DNA from: Clavelina lepadiformis
Taxonomy: Eukaryota
Reading direction: 5' to 3'
Assembly (NCBI RefSeq): GCF_947623445.1
Contig: NC_135248.1
Location: 2,726,977-2,790,976, forward strand
DNA: 64,000 bases
Below are positions 13,230-22,677 of this stretch, piece by piece. The first letter of the stretch is position 1; each line of letters opens with the position of its first letter. The position numbers were made by a program, and so were the translations under genes. The notes under the pieces are model-generated. The model was not told where the DNA came from. It worked only from the letters and a program-made list of their open reading frames with translations, and searched no databases.

Positions 13230-13459
13230 GTGAGTTAAGTTTCGTGTAAAAAGTCGTGTTGCATTACAAGAGCATACTGTATGATATATATTTACAAATA
13301 ATATTTTTACTTGATTCTATTGTGAAGACTTAGTACCACAGTTTAATTCTTTACCTTTATGTTGCTATGAATTCTAATTTTGTTCAGAAATTTTTTTTCT
13401 GTTTGGTACGTGGAATATCATACGTTTTCAGTAAAAAGCTTTCATTAATTTTATTACAG

Positions 13460-13599
13460 TGATCCATCTCACATAACTGGAGCTGGTTTAGAGAATAACT
13501 ACTGTCGTAATCCTAATCTCAAGAACAAGCCATGGTGCTACAGCACGAACTTGAGAAGGAAATGGGAATACTGCTCCATTCCAATTTGTGACAATCCAG
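13460..13599 (+). CDS. Astacin-mosaic gene exon 8: second half of kringle 1 (FDPSHITGAGLENNYCRNPNLKNKPWCYSTNLRRKWEYCSIPICDNP)
   Basis: ttattacag acceptor at 13458-13459 and G|GTTCCG donor at 13600. NYCRNP...PWCY...WEYC..P.C is the kringle C-terminal consensus. Confidence 0.75.
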
Positions 13600-13856
13600 G
13601 TTCCGGTTGATAAATGTTTTGCAACACTTTTATCTTTTTATTGATAAAAAGTTTTCAAAAAATTCCCAAGTTGTTTTGCGGAAAACCAAAATCCGCATTT
13701 GTAGTTACAAGTAAGTTTAAGTAAAGTGTGGAGTGTAATTAATTCAAGTTTTTCTGCAACAATTTAAATTCAGAAACATTTTCTAAAGTCGTTTAAGTAT
13801 CAATAACATGAGAAATGAGTATGACCCAACACTAAGCAATGATCAACTTCTTTTAG

Positions 13857-13965
13857 TCCGAGAAATTTTCTCGCCCCACTCACCCAGAAACAATCGTGGT
13901 TTCTGGTCTGATTGGTCGGAATGGGGGCAGTGTAGAGCCACTTGCGGAAGTGGGTACCAGTACAG
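13857..13965 (+). CDS. Astacin-mosaic gene exon 9: TSP1 repeat 1, first half (VREIFSPHSPRNNRGFWSDWSEWGQCRATCGSGYQY)
   Basis: WSxWSxWxxCxxTCGxG thrombospondin type-1 signature. cttttag acceptor at 13855-13856 and AG|GTGGGT donor at 13966. Confidence 0.7.
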
Positions 13966-14347
13966 GTGGGTGCAACATAAAAATAGTTGCTCATTATTTT
14001 TATTCCAAGCTTTTTTATATGTGTTATGAACTACAGTAGCACAAGGAGCACCAAAATCTATATTACAGTAGGTTTTCTATATCAGCTACTTTTATTTATT
14101 TATTTTGATTTTCTTTTTCTTACTCGTAATTGATTAATAACAGTAGCTTTCATTTCACCAGCACAATTTTGTCGTAATTTTAATTCACTATGAAATGTCT
14201 GGCGTAATTACCTGACACCAACCTACAAATTTATGACTTTTTAATCATCTAATCATTCTAATGGCTCACTACTTTTATCGTAACCTTAGCAATTTTCCAA
14301 TGAATATCCCACCTGGATATTTATAATGACACAAATATTCTTTTCAG

Positions 14348-14451
14348 GACTCATCACTGCATCGGAGCTGATGTTGGATCTGCTCAATGTCCTGGAGAAT
14401 ATTGGGAGAGCGTTCCTTGTCGTGTCCCCTGCGCTAGTCGTCCTGCATCAG
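14348..14451 (+). CDS. Astacin-mosaic gene exon 10: TSP1 repeat 1, second half (RTHHCIGADVGSAQCPGEYWESVPCRVPCASRPAS)
   Basis: ttttcag acceptor at 14346-14347 and G|GTGAAG donor at 14452. It supplies the remaining TSP1 cysteines. Phase is continuous with exon 9 (AG+G = Arg). Confidence 0.6.
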
Positions 14452-14535
14452 GTGAAGACATCTTATAATCCACTTGTGCTTCTTGCAGGAATGGGTCGCT
14501 AGGAACATCACATCCACCGACTTGTTTGTTCTCAG

Positions 14536-14691
14536 GAGACTGGCAGACCTGGTGGTCCTGGTCAGCGTGTGATGCAGTGTGCGTGCAAGGAAACAACGGA
14601 CATCGATATCGTGTGAGGGCTTGCAGCAGTGAATACTGCGAAGGAGACACAATAGAAGAAGAAATGTGCTTTCAACCAAGCTGTCCGACCT
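14536..14691 (+). CDS. Astacin-mosaic gene exon 11: TSP1 repeat 2 (GDWQTWWSWSACDAVCVQGNNGHRYRVRACSSEYCEGDTIEEEMCFQPSCPT)
   Basis: Complete TSP1 cysteine framework. ctcag acceptor at 14534-14535 and T|GTAAGA donor at 14692. Overlaps ORF 14526..14726. Confidence 0.7.
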
Positions 14692-14982
14692 GTAAGAAAA
14701 ACTATAGATTGCAGAAACAGATTTAAGGGTCAAGCTAACTGACTTGCATTCCAAGAGTTTTCTTCCAAGATCATGTAATGTTAATTCAGTCATTGTGAGA
14801 AACGTAATGTATGAAACTCAGGTTGTTGAAAGCCTCTGTTACAAGTGCAACTGTTTTGTTACGGGTTTTTATTCGACAAACAATCATTTACTCATAAAGG
14901 CTGAGTTTATCCGTGTAAGAATCAATCACACTAAACCCGATCTTGTGTTTTCTTATTGTTTGAGTCGATTAAAAATTTGCAG

Positions 14983-15088
14983 ATGATGGCAATGATTGCT
15001 TTAACAAGAACGATCCTGCTGCATACAGAGGGACCCTTGCTTTTGCAATGACTGGTGCGACGTGCATCCCATGGAAAAGAACAATAAT
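14983..15088 (+). CDS. Astacin-mosaic gene exon 12: kringle 2, first half (YDGNDCFNKNDPAAYRGTLAFAMTGATCIPWKRTI)
   Basis: tttgcag acceptor at 14981-14982 and AT|GTAAGC donor at 15089. Carries the kringle C..YRGT...TG..C..W pattern. Confidence 0.65.
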
Positions 15089-15155
15089 GTAAGCGAAATT
15101 GTCCAGAGCAACACCCAAATAGAACATCAAATTTTATAGAGTTCTGTATCTGCAG

Positions 15156-15289
15156 AAATATCGATACTTATCCAAACGCTGACTTGCGTGAGAATTACTG
15201 CCGTAACATGGGTAACAGCGATGGTCTTGTTTGTTTTGTTAAGAAGAAAAGGACAAAACGTTGCGCACCTCCAAAATGCCGGAATAATG
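15156..15289 (+). CDS. Astacin-mosaic gene exon 13: kringle 2, second half (INIDTYPNADLRENYCRNMGNSDGLVCFVKKKRTKRCAPPKCRNN)
   Basis: ctgcag acceptor at 15154-15155 and G|GTTCGT donor at 15290. The NYCRN...C...C..P.C kringle tail is present, though more diverged than kringles 1 and 3. Confidence 0.6.
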
Positions 15290-15555
15290 GTTCGTTGACA
15301 GATTAACAAGTTTTTATGACGTAAAGCGTATATATTAACGTACCTTATTGGTCTATGACTCGGACAGTTTTATTACCCTTGAATACGAGGTAAATAAGAC
15401 ATTGTTTATGATAAGTGGTGTCTCAACGAGTCTCTATAGTTGAAATCGTCAGTGGAAAATATTTCGTTTCATTTTTTTCACCAGAAATTCCTTATTATGT
15501 GAATATGAAATTAGTCAATGTGTTTTGTTAATTTTGTCATGACATGACTTTGCAG

Positions 15556-15717
15556 AAGCGTATTGGTCCGACTACTCCGACTGGTCAGCGTGCACAGTGA
15601 CATGTGATGGAGGCTTCAAATATCGAACCAGAACTTGTATTCGAGGAGCCATCAGTGAAGGTTCCTGCATCGGTGACGTAGTGCAAAGCAAAGAATGCAA
15701 CACCAATGAATGCGGCG
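15556..15717 (+). CDS. Astacin-mosaic gene exon 14: TSP1 repeat 3 (EAYWSDYSDWSACTVTCDGGFKYRTRTCIRGAISEGSCIGDVVQSKECNTNECG)
   Basis: tttgcag acceptor at 15554-15555 and G|GTAAAG donor at 15718. Full TSP1 signature. Overlaps ORF 15597..15785. Confidence 0.7.
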
Positions 15718-15875
15718 GTAAAGTTTACACATCATTTAAAACAAGTTTTAAGATAGTGGAAGGTTATGTTGGATTAACATTTTAAGCATGCATCAGGTGG
15801 ACCATACTTTTTAAATCAAAATTGTAGCCTATTTTCTTGCTAAAGTTTTATCATCTGAATTTTGCATTTCAACAG

Positions 15876-16056
15876 ATGGTACAATTGCTCTTCCGGTTGC
15901 CCCAGTTACCCATACCCCACCCTCTATACCCGCATCGACTGGTAGTCGTGGTTGTGTGGTGTTGGGTGAACCACAACTTTACAGGGGTACAGTTTCAAAG
16001 ACGTTCACCAGCTGTCTTTATTGGGACTCACAGACACCCCATGCTCATGATTATAC
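15876..16056 (+). CDS. Astacin-mosaic gene exon 15: linker plus kringle 3, first half (DGTIALPVAPVTHTPPSIPASTGSRGCVVLGEPQLYRGTVSKTFTSCLYWDSQTPHAHDY)
   Basis: caacag acceptor at 15874-15875 and AC|GTGAGT donor at 16057. The kringle pattern is in a different frame from the annotated ORF 15837..16067; the kringle frame was chosen by homology and phase continuity. Confidence 0.7.
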
Positions 16057-16252
16057 GTGAGTTTTGACACAAAATTCTTTCTCAAATTGCTCAAGAATGT
16101 ACAAAGCTTTGAAATGTGATTTTATAAACCAGAATAGCGTTTAAAGATTAATGTTATCGAGTATTTTTGAGTAGTGACTACAGCCCTACCATATTTTTAT
16201 TACTTTGTATTCGCACGTAATCGAGCATGGGATAAGTTGTGTCAATTCGCAG

Positions 16253-16395
16253 CACTCTGGAAAAATTTGTCTCTGCCGGACTGACCGAAAATTATTGCCG
16301 GGCGCCAGAAGCAGATGATTCATGGCCTTGGTGCTTAGCTTTGCTCTCCGGAGTCGCAACAAAATTATCTTGCGATGTTGCCGCCTGTGAGCCAG
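16253..16395 (+). CDS. Astacin-mosaic gene exon 16: kringle 3, second half (TLEKFVSAGLTENYCRAPEADDSWPWCLALLSGVATKLSCDVAACEP)
   Basis: ttcgcag acceptor at 16251-16252 and G|GTAACG donor at 16396. NYCR.P....PWC....SC....C kringle tail. Confidence 0.7.
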
Positions 16396-16479
16396 GTAAC
16401 GTCGAAAACTAACATATTGTGTCAGTGTTGTTCAAAGTACTTTGGATTTTGTGCCTCAGTTATGCCATGAAGCTGCATT

Positions 16480-17300
16480 TGCTGGTAATTGCACGAGTAC
16501 CGTCTTAAAATAAAAGTCGTTCACAGCAACCTTTCGAGTATTTCTTTTGGCTGTATAGAGGCCAGCCGTTGTACAGCCTGGCAGAACGGAGCGAGAAAAT
16601 TCCGTTACAATACTAACCGCCCTCTTCGTCATAACAGGAGGCCAAATTTGCGATACAGCCAAAAGGCTTTTATTTTAAAGCACATGTACGCTGAAGTGGT
16701 GGGTTCGATTCCCGCCCGGTTCGATCGTGACGAAAAAAGTGTTATTTGGTTTAGTCTGATGATGGCAGGTAACGTTAAATTTGGTTAAAACAATTCATCA
16801 ACAAATATCTGCTGCTAGATTAGGCTACAATGACCTTTTTGTAACTGTCCATATATGTGATTCAGAAGTAGATATTCGCAATTCGTTGAATTAATTAGCG
16901 CTTCCTTGCGCCTGAAGCAAGAAATGTGTGACCACGTGAAGTTATTGTATATAAGACGGTAAACGAATAGAACTTAAATATACAAAAAAATATCAAAAAG
17001 GAAGAACTTCGTGTAAATTTTTGCCAGTTTCTAGTTTTTCCATGCAAAATTCATACAAATCCTAAATCATTCCAACATGATCTCTTGTTAGATTTTTTGC
17101 TATTGTACATTGCTTTTGTTTGCCAAAATATGTTGCAAATTATCCACTCTGCCTTCAGTCAAGCTAATGGCGCAACACGCAGAAGCGCATGGACTCTATG
17201 GCAGAGGTACTGGGTTCGATTCCAACCAAGTTCGCCCTTGTTTCGTGGAAGGTTGACGGAGATAAGTCATCATAGCACTCTCTACGCTAATCGCTAATCG
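16480..17300. repeat. Cluster of tRNA-derived SINE-like fragments in the astacin gene intron
   Basis: tRNA T-arm-like boxes: GTGGTGGGTTCGATTCCCGCCCGG at ~16695 and GGTACTGGGTTCGATTCCAACC at ~17205. The annotated ORFs here (16489..16788, 17085..17297) have no protein-like features. Confidence 0.4.
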
Positions 17301-17419
17301 CTATTCAACCAATTGCACTCAATTGCATCTTCTCTTTTCAGCTTCACTCGTTCCGTTCCAGTCATCGCGGAAAAAACAGGTTCGAAAATCTGATAATAAT
17401 TAATTTGTCCTTTATCAGA

Positions 17420-18100
17420 GGTTTTCGATTTTCGATTTTCGATTCGATTTTCCAAGTAAGAGATGGCAATGGCTGCTTGACCTGCAAGTGTTCGAAAAAA
17501 ATGAAGAACTTTGGTTCAAAAAGTAATAACTAAAATTTTTCTTTGCCTTTTAAGTTGATTTCATGCAGAGATTGCTAACGAAAAAATTTTTCATTTGTTA
17601 AATAATACCGAATATAAAAGTGGATGTAATTTTTTAGTTGGTTGATTCTATTTTAAACCAGTTTTGGTTTAGGTAAATGCCCCAACGTGGAATGCGACAA
17701 AAAATGCAAAGATGAACATAAGGAGGATGTCAATGGTTGCACGACTTGCAGGTGTACGAAACAGCTGGGAGATTTACTTTTAACAGGTACTTTAACAGTT
17801 GGGCCTTTCTTTTCCTCTTAATGTGTAATGTGCAAACAGTAGTCAGCATTTTAGCAATCAACGTTATGAAGTTAGCTGCCACTATTTCACCGAAAAAATC
17901 GTGAGTTCAAAGTTTTTCTTCACAGTTTCTAGTTAACCTAACTTAAATGTTTTAACATAGTAATCTAAATCTAACTTTAAGTAAACCTTAAATAACCAAA
18001 ATCAAGGTTTTGCAAATCAATTCTCCTAACCGCCCATCTTGAAATTATATGGGCTGCGTAACCTACTTTTGGTGAAATACTCATATGACAAATTTTAATT
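17420..18100. repeat. Segmental duplication, copy 2 (paralogous to 9600-10290)
   Basis: Direct sequence comparison with copy 1. Includes an upstream Cys-rich stub reading DGNGCLTCKCSKKMK. Confidence 0.8.
17673..17786 (+). CDS. Candidate exon 17 of the astacin-mosaic gene: second antistasin-like domain (GKCPNVECDKKCKDEHKEDVNGCTTCRCTKQLGDLLLT), the duplicated copy of exon 2
   Basis: Near-identical to 9847-9963 apart from a 3-nt in-frame deletion, with the same tttag acceptor and CAG|GTACTT donor. Its entry phase (1) matches the exit phase of exon 16. It could equally be a duplicated pseudo-exon. Confidence 0.35.
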
Positions 18101-18149
18101 CGCTTGTCTACTACTCGTGTGACGTATTACACAACAAACATATCTGTCA

Positions 18150-19480
18150 TAAAAACCGCGAATGCTGGCGGTAATTGTTTGAATATGAGCGAGGACGGTT
18201 GATGGTTGATAACTTGTTTTACTTCTGCTTCGATGGATGAGTTTTCATTTCTCAAATTTGCGTGACTATGCTGTTAGTTGCTTGATTCTGTCTATACAAA
18301 TTACAAAATTATGAAGTTCCCATTTTATTTATTATAACACAAAGGCTTTTGCCTTCGGGCAAAGCTTACTGAATGTTACATAGCACTGTAGTAACCAGTG
18401 AAATCGATCACATGAAAAAAGGAAAGATTGAAAACATTACATCAGTATTTATATGTAACACACCAGTTCAAGCGAGGAAATTATCTGACGTCATTAAGGA
18501 AAACTCAAGTCTGGTAAACAGCTGAATTACAGGATTCTAAATTAAATTTCAAACATCTCAAAAACAACTCGTGAGTCGTGACGTAATCGTCACATAGCCT
18601 ACCTACCCAGAGTAAAGCTTGCCTGAAATGAAATTGAAGGCAACCTTTACTCGACAAAATTATGTCTTTGATTAAAATATTTATCACGGACATTAAAACA
18701 AGAATTTAGTACAGTACAATGACAGAGTTCGGTAAATATAACAAATATCGATACACCGTTTCACTTGAAATGCAAAACATGAGACATAAGCTGACAGAAG
18801 TGTCGCATTCCCTTGCCTGTCGAAGGTAAAAAAATGAGCGATCACGTCTGCGTGTGTCGTTCTGCGGCTGTAGCAAGCCTTGTTCGCGGTAGAGATATGC
18901 AGTTTGTTGCGATGTCCAGTGGACTTTGTTTCTTGATGCGTAAAAAATATATACAATAGTTTGCTCATGCTCTTGGAGATGTATAACACGTTAGTTAGGC
19001 GATCAAAACTTCATCACATCAACCAGGTATCAATGTCATTAGTGCTGTTGCTGTCGAATTGGTCCTGTTGCCTATATTGGAGATAGAATTTCTTGAAAGC
19101 TTCCTCGTTGACTAGCGTTCGTAGTTGGCTGATCTTGCTGTTGAAACTTGATCATCAAAACTTCATAAATAGCTGGTAACATTCTTTCTCGTTCAATGTG
19201 CAACTAACTCAGCAATTTCGAACTTACTCGGGCACCAATTTATGACAAATTTATAAAACGATGATGGTTGAATTGATATATATATTGTTTTTCTTCTGAC
19301 TTAATGAGAAGGTTGTTATTTCTCAAACGGCGTGCTTCTGCTGTTTGTTTAATTTCTGTCTATATATATTGCTAACTGATAATGTTGCCATTTTGATTAT
19401 TATAGGACACAAAGGTTTTCACCTTCGGGCAAAGCTTACTGAATGTTACATAGCGCTGTAGTAACCAGTGAGAACGGTAA
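18150..19480. repeat. Two ~330-bp homologous segments in tandem orientation (18150-18480 and 19250-19480), ~1.1 kb apart
   Basis: Shared blocks, e.g. acacaaaggcttttgccttcgggcaaagcttactgaatgttacatagcactgtagtaaccagtga at 18340 versus 19405. Confidence 0.6.
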
Positions 19481-19599
19481 AAAGGAAAAAGATCGTAAAC
19501 ATTACAACAGTATATACCTTGCAAGTCCATTTCGGCGTATAAACTTGAACTCCAAGTGTTTCTATAGGTTTTTTAAAAGAAAACAATTTGTAGGTTATA

Positions 19600-19830
19600 T
19601 ATCTTTTTAACTTCATTTGCTCACACCGTTGCATAGCTCGAGCACTGCTGAAAGTCCATTGGTGCAATGAGTCTCCGGTTCGAATCCCCTCTCTCTTACT
19701 TTTCCTTTTTCAAGAACCTCAATCTGATGCTCCTTTAAATCCGTTAAGTTATCGTTGTATGCTGTTGCCACTTCGCCCGCGTCCTTCGACACTGCACTCG
19801 GTGCTAGAGGTTCCAGATTCGATCCCCGGC
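19600..19830. repeat. SINE-like tRNA-derived repeat carrying the conserved core gacactgcactcggtgctagaggttccagattcgatcccc
   Basis: Core at 19783-19825 recurs at 33358-33400 and 34272-34318. A second tRNA-like 3' end sits at ~19640-19690 (GGTTCGAATCCCC). Confidence 0.5.
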
Positions 19831-20070
19831 CATAAGCCATTCTAGTCCAATTCACGGCCATAAGCCGCTTAAACTTAATCCACGGCCCTAGGCCACCTTT
19901 AACCCAATTCAACGCCATAAGCCACTTTAAAACAATCAATGGCCTTAAGCCGCTCTTTGTCCTATCCCTCGGCCATGGGCCACTCTAAACCCTTTAAACC
20001 CTACCCCAACCCACCCTCCCTTCCTAATCCCTTCCCTAACCCCGACCCCATATGTAAGTTAACGGCCTTA
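19830..20070. repeat. Minisatellite of ~30-bp units built around ggccataagcc / ggccttaagcc
   Basis: At least 7 consecutive units (cacggccataagccattctagtccaatt, cacggccataagccgcttaaacttaatc, cacggccctaggccacctttaacccaatt ...) directly 3' of the SINE core. Confidence 0.7.
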
Positions 20071-21152
20071 AGCCACCTAACAACGTCTGGAACTAAGGCG
20101 CCAGCCGGGGATGCGGGTGAAGTGGCAACATCAGTGGCAAAAAAATGACCTCACTACAAGCACAATGGAAAAAATGTTATGAAAAGAACAAACAAAGAAC
20201 ATTTTAATGGATTTAATTTAATTTCTTAACTGAATGTGCCTTCAACTCGAATCCTCAACAAACGATGTAAGCTATAATAAGTATAAACAGTCGTGCAAGC
20301 AGAAAAAATTGAAATCAATTTGTTTAAATGTAGAAGCGTGTGATTAGCAGCTTTGGAAAATTGGTTGATTAATGGAACATTCGCATATTACGCTGAAGCT
20401 TTATTGCACAGCGTGAGTTTATCTCCGGTGTAAACAGTTGTGGGAATGTAACGTTAAAATTAACCAGGTTAAAATGGAAGAGATTTCATAAGTACTATTT
20501 TGTTTTGTTGTATTTTCCACCTTCGATGTTCATACCAAAAACGTCCATTCACAATCATCCTTTTTGCGCTTAGTTGGGAAGCGATGGAAACCAAAGGACA
20601 CGCGTAAAAGCAATAACACCAAAATATAAAACTCCTTTCTGCAAGAGATACCGGTCCGAGGATTTTGTTGTTAAGAATCTTACATGTATGGATTATTCTG
20701 GCATTGTGCGTTGCCATGTGCATTGCATTGTGCGTTGCCATGTACGTTGCCATGTGCGGATCCGAGTGAAAATGGAATTTGACTTTAAACTTTACGGAGA
20801 AGTTGATCGCTCTTCATACAAAGCATTCTACTTATCTCTTCAGAAATTTGGAATTAAATTGTCGAAAAGAGTTTAGAAGCAAAACCGATTTACGGATGGA
20901 ACAAAATCAGATCATCTATCATCTGGATCAGTCGTCATCAGAGACAACTTCACAGTCGTTAAGAGTAATCTGAGCTATTTCCAACAAAGGTCACGTGATT
21001 TGTAAGCATCAGTTGTTGAGATGACATTTGTAAACATTGCCTAATCGTTAATGACGTAACACCTATCATTATGAAGCAGCAGCCAAAGACAGAGCATCAA
21101 GGTTTGACTTCGGCGAAAGCTAAAATATTTCAAAAAATTTTAAACGACTACT

Positions 21153-21465
21153 TAGGCTTACCATACGTCCCGTTTTAGCCGGGACAGTCCCCCTTTTTAA
21201 CGTTTTGTCCCGGCGTCCCGATCGGTCGGCCAAACGTCCCGGTTTGGCATTCAGTCATCCTGCATAGGCATACCGCATAGAAGCCATACACGAACATTAG
21301 CATGTTCTTATTATTGTTTTTGCTGTGTAGCGTACCGGTACTTCTTGAAGAAGAATTCGTGATCTTGTTTATTATTTATTTCATTGTTTTCGATAAAAAT
21401 GTTATTGTGACGTCATATGTCAAAAGCGTCCCGCTTTGAAGCCACAAAATTATGGTAAGCCTACG
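21153..21465. mobile_element. Candidate MITE (~310 bp) with 12-bp terminal inverted repeats aggcttaccata / tatggtaagcct
   Basis: Perfect 12-bp inverted repeat at 21153-21164 and 21454-21465. Internal gtcccgg-rich palindromic segments. No clean TSD identified. Confidence 0.3.
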
Positions 21466-22677
21466 TCTACTGCTAATTTTAATCTAATAAACCGAAAACT
21501 GGAACTTTTGCTCCGTCATTCTTTTATCTCATTTATAAATCAGCGCCAGTTGTGCAGCTCCGCTTCATCGTCTAGCGGACATTTTCTTTAGCAAATACGA
21601 TGTATATAGACGCTGTCATTCTGATGCTCGAATAATTCGTCGTAATTGGTTTTCATTTAGAGTTAGCAAGAGAAACTCGGAAACCATTTCGTTGTTCCGC
21701 TCAAACCAGTTTCAAACGTTTCAGTTGAATCGTAATTCACAACAATATACTATACTATTGTGTAGGGCTGTGGCATTGTTAAGCAATAGGAGAGCTTGTC
21801 GCAAGTTTTCTAGCAAGAATCTGGCACCTTTTTGCTTCGAGTCAACCTTGGAGCAAGTTTCGTGCGTTTATTTAATCAGCTGAGGAATTTGCGCGAGATT
21901 TCTCGAATCTTCACTGCGCGTGTTCGTTCCATAATTTCATTCTTTTACCTCGTGCAGTTGAGGTGGTTGGTTGGTGGTTATGAGTAGTTTAGCATTTACA
22001 ATACAATGGATGCAATACAATGGATTTACAATAAAGCGGAGTTCAGTTTGGTGTGACTGGTTTGAAGTAACAACTTGTCTATGCTGATTTGAAACGTCAC
22101 TGCTTGGCTTAAGGCCCATATTTGTTGGCCGATTTGTCTGACTTGTTTAATAACGATAAGTTTTTGGTCAGGACTGCAAGTTGTATTTTGTTTGATGCTG
22201 AAACACAGCTCGCGCTTGTTGAGTTTTGTATTTGTTTGACCTTTGTTGTACACTTCCATGTTCTTGTTGTTAACCTTTGTTCCTGCTTTGTTGCAACTGC
22301 TCTCTGCGCGCGCTTTAGCGTCTTGGTCTCGTTCAGGGCCGGATTAAGACGAAACTGGGCCTGATGCTGCAGCGCAAAAACAGGCCTATTTTTTCTAGGC
22401 ATTGGTACATATGCATTCGACACTCTGACTCCACCGTACACGCGTAATCAGACCGACCAAAGAGCCTTTATTGCTTTCGACGCAGTCAGCCAAATTTTAA
22501 TGAACATGAACAATAATAACGACGTGTTATCGTAAAAACTCGAGAGTAACATCAGGCTATGTAACACCAACACAATTCAATACCAATATTGCCTGAAAAG
22601 CGGAGTTAATGAAGAAAAGGCTAATCCAGATCAACTTAACGTTGGCATATTGTCAATGCTGCGCTAGTGCTGCTTAC

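Larger units (their letters stand above)
9161..17786 (+). other. Gene span: secreted astacin-family zinc metalloprotease carrying an antistasin-like domain, three kringle domains and three thrombospondin type-1 repeats (16 phase-consistent coding exons plus a candidate 17th; stop codon/3' end not resolved)
   Basis: Exon-by-exon translation with GT-AG boundaries and continuous reading phase (see individual exons) gives: signal peptide; an antistasin-like Cys pattern; the astacin catalytic domain (TCLEF...GCWSYVGRQGGKQK / [34 protein letters not shown] / YDYKSVMHY / [19 protein letters not shown]); then kringles (C..YRGT.S.T.SG..CQ.W...PH.H / NYCRNP...PWCY...RWEYC) interleaved with TSP1 repeats (WSDWSEWGQCRATCGSG, WSWSACDAVC, WSDYSDWSACTVTCDGG). 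Confidence 0.7.

Noticed and set aside
15837-16067. Annotated + ORF (76 aa, MLKFYHLNFAFQQMVQ...) over kringle-3 exon
   Set aside because: The kringle consensus (GCVVLGEPQLYRGTVSKTFTSCLYWDSQTPHAHDY) is in a different frame that is phase-continuous with neighbouring exons; the listed ORF is an alternative-frame artefact.
16458-16470. Possible 3-codon terminal micro-exon (cctcag|TTATGCCATGA -> VMP-stop) for the astacin gene
   Set aside because: Phase-compatible, but too short to support without transcript evidence; the gene's true 3' end is left unresolved.
17085-17297. ORF starting MLDFLLLYIAFVCQNML resembling a signal peptide, as a possible first exon of a duplicated astacin gene
   Set aside because: It begins with TTG rather than ATG, has an in-frame stop just upstream of the nearest ATG, overlaps tRNA-like SINE sequence, and has no similarity to the 9161-9221 signal-peptide exon.
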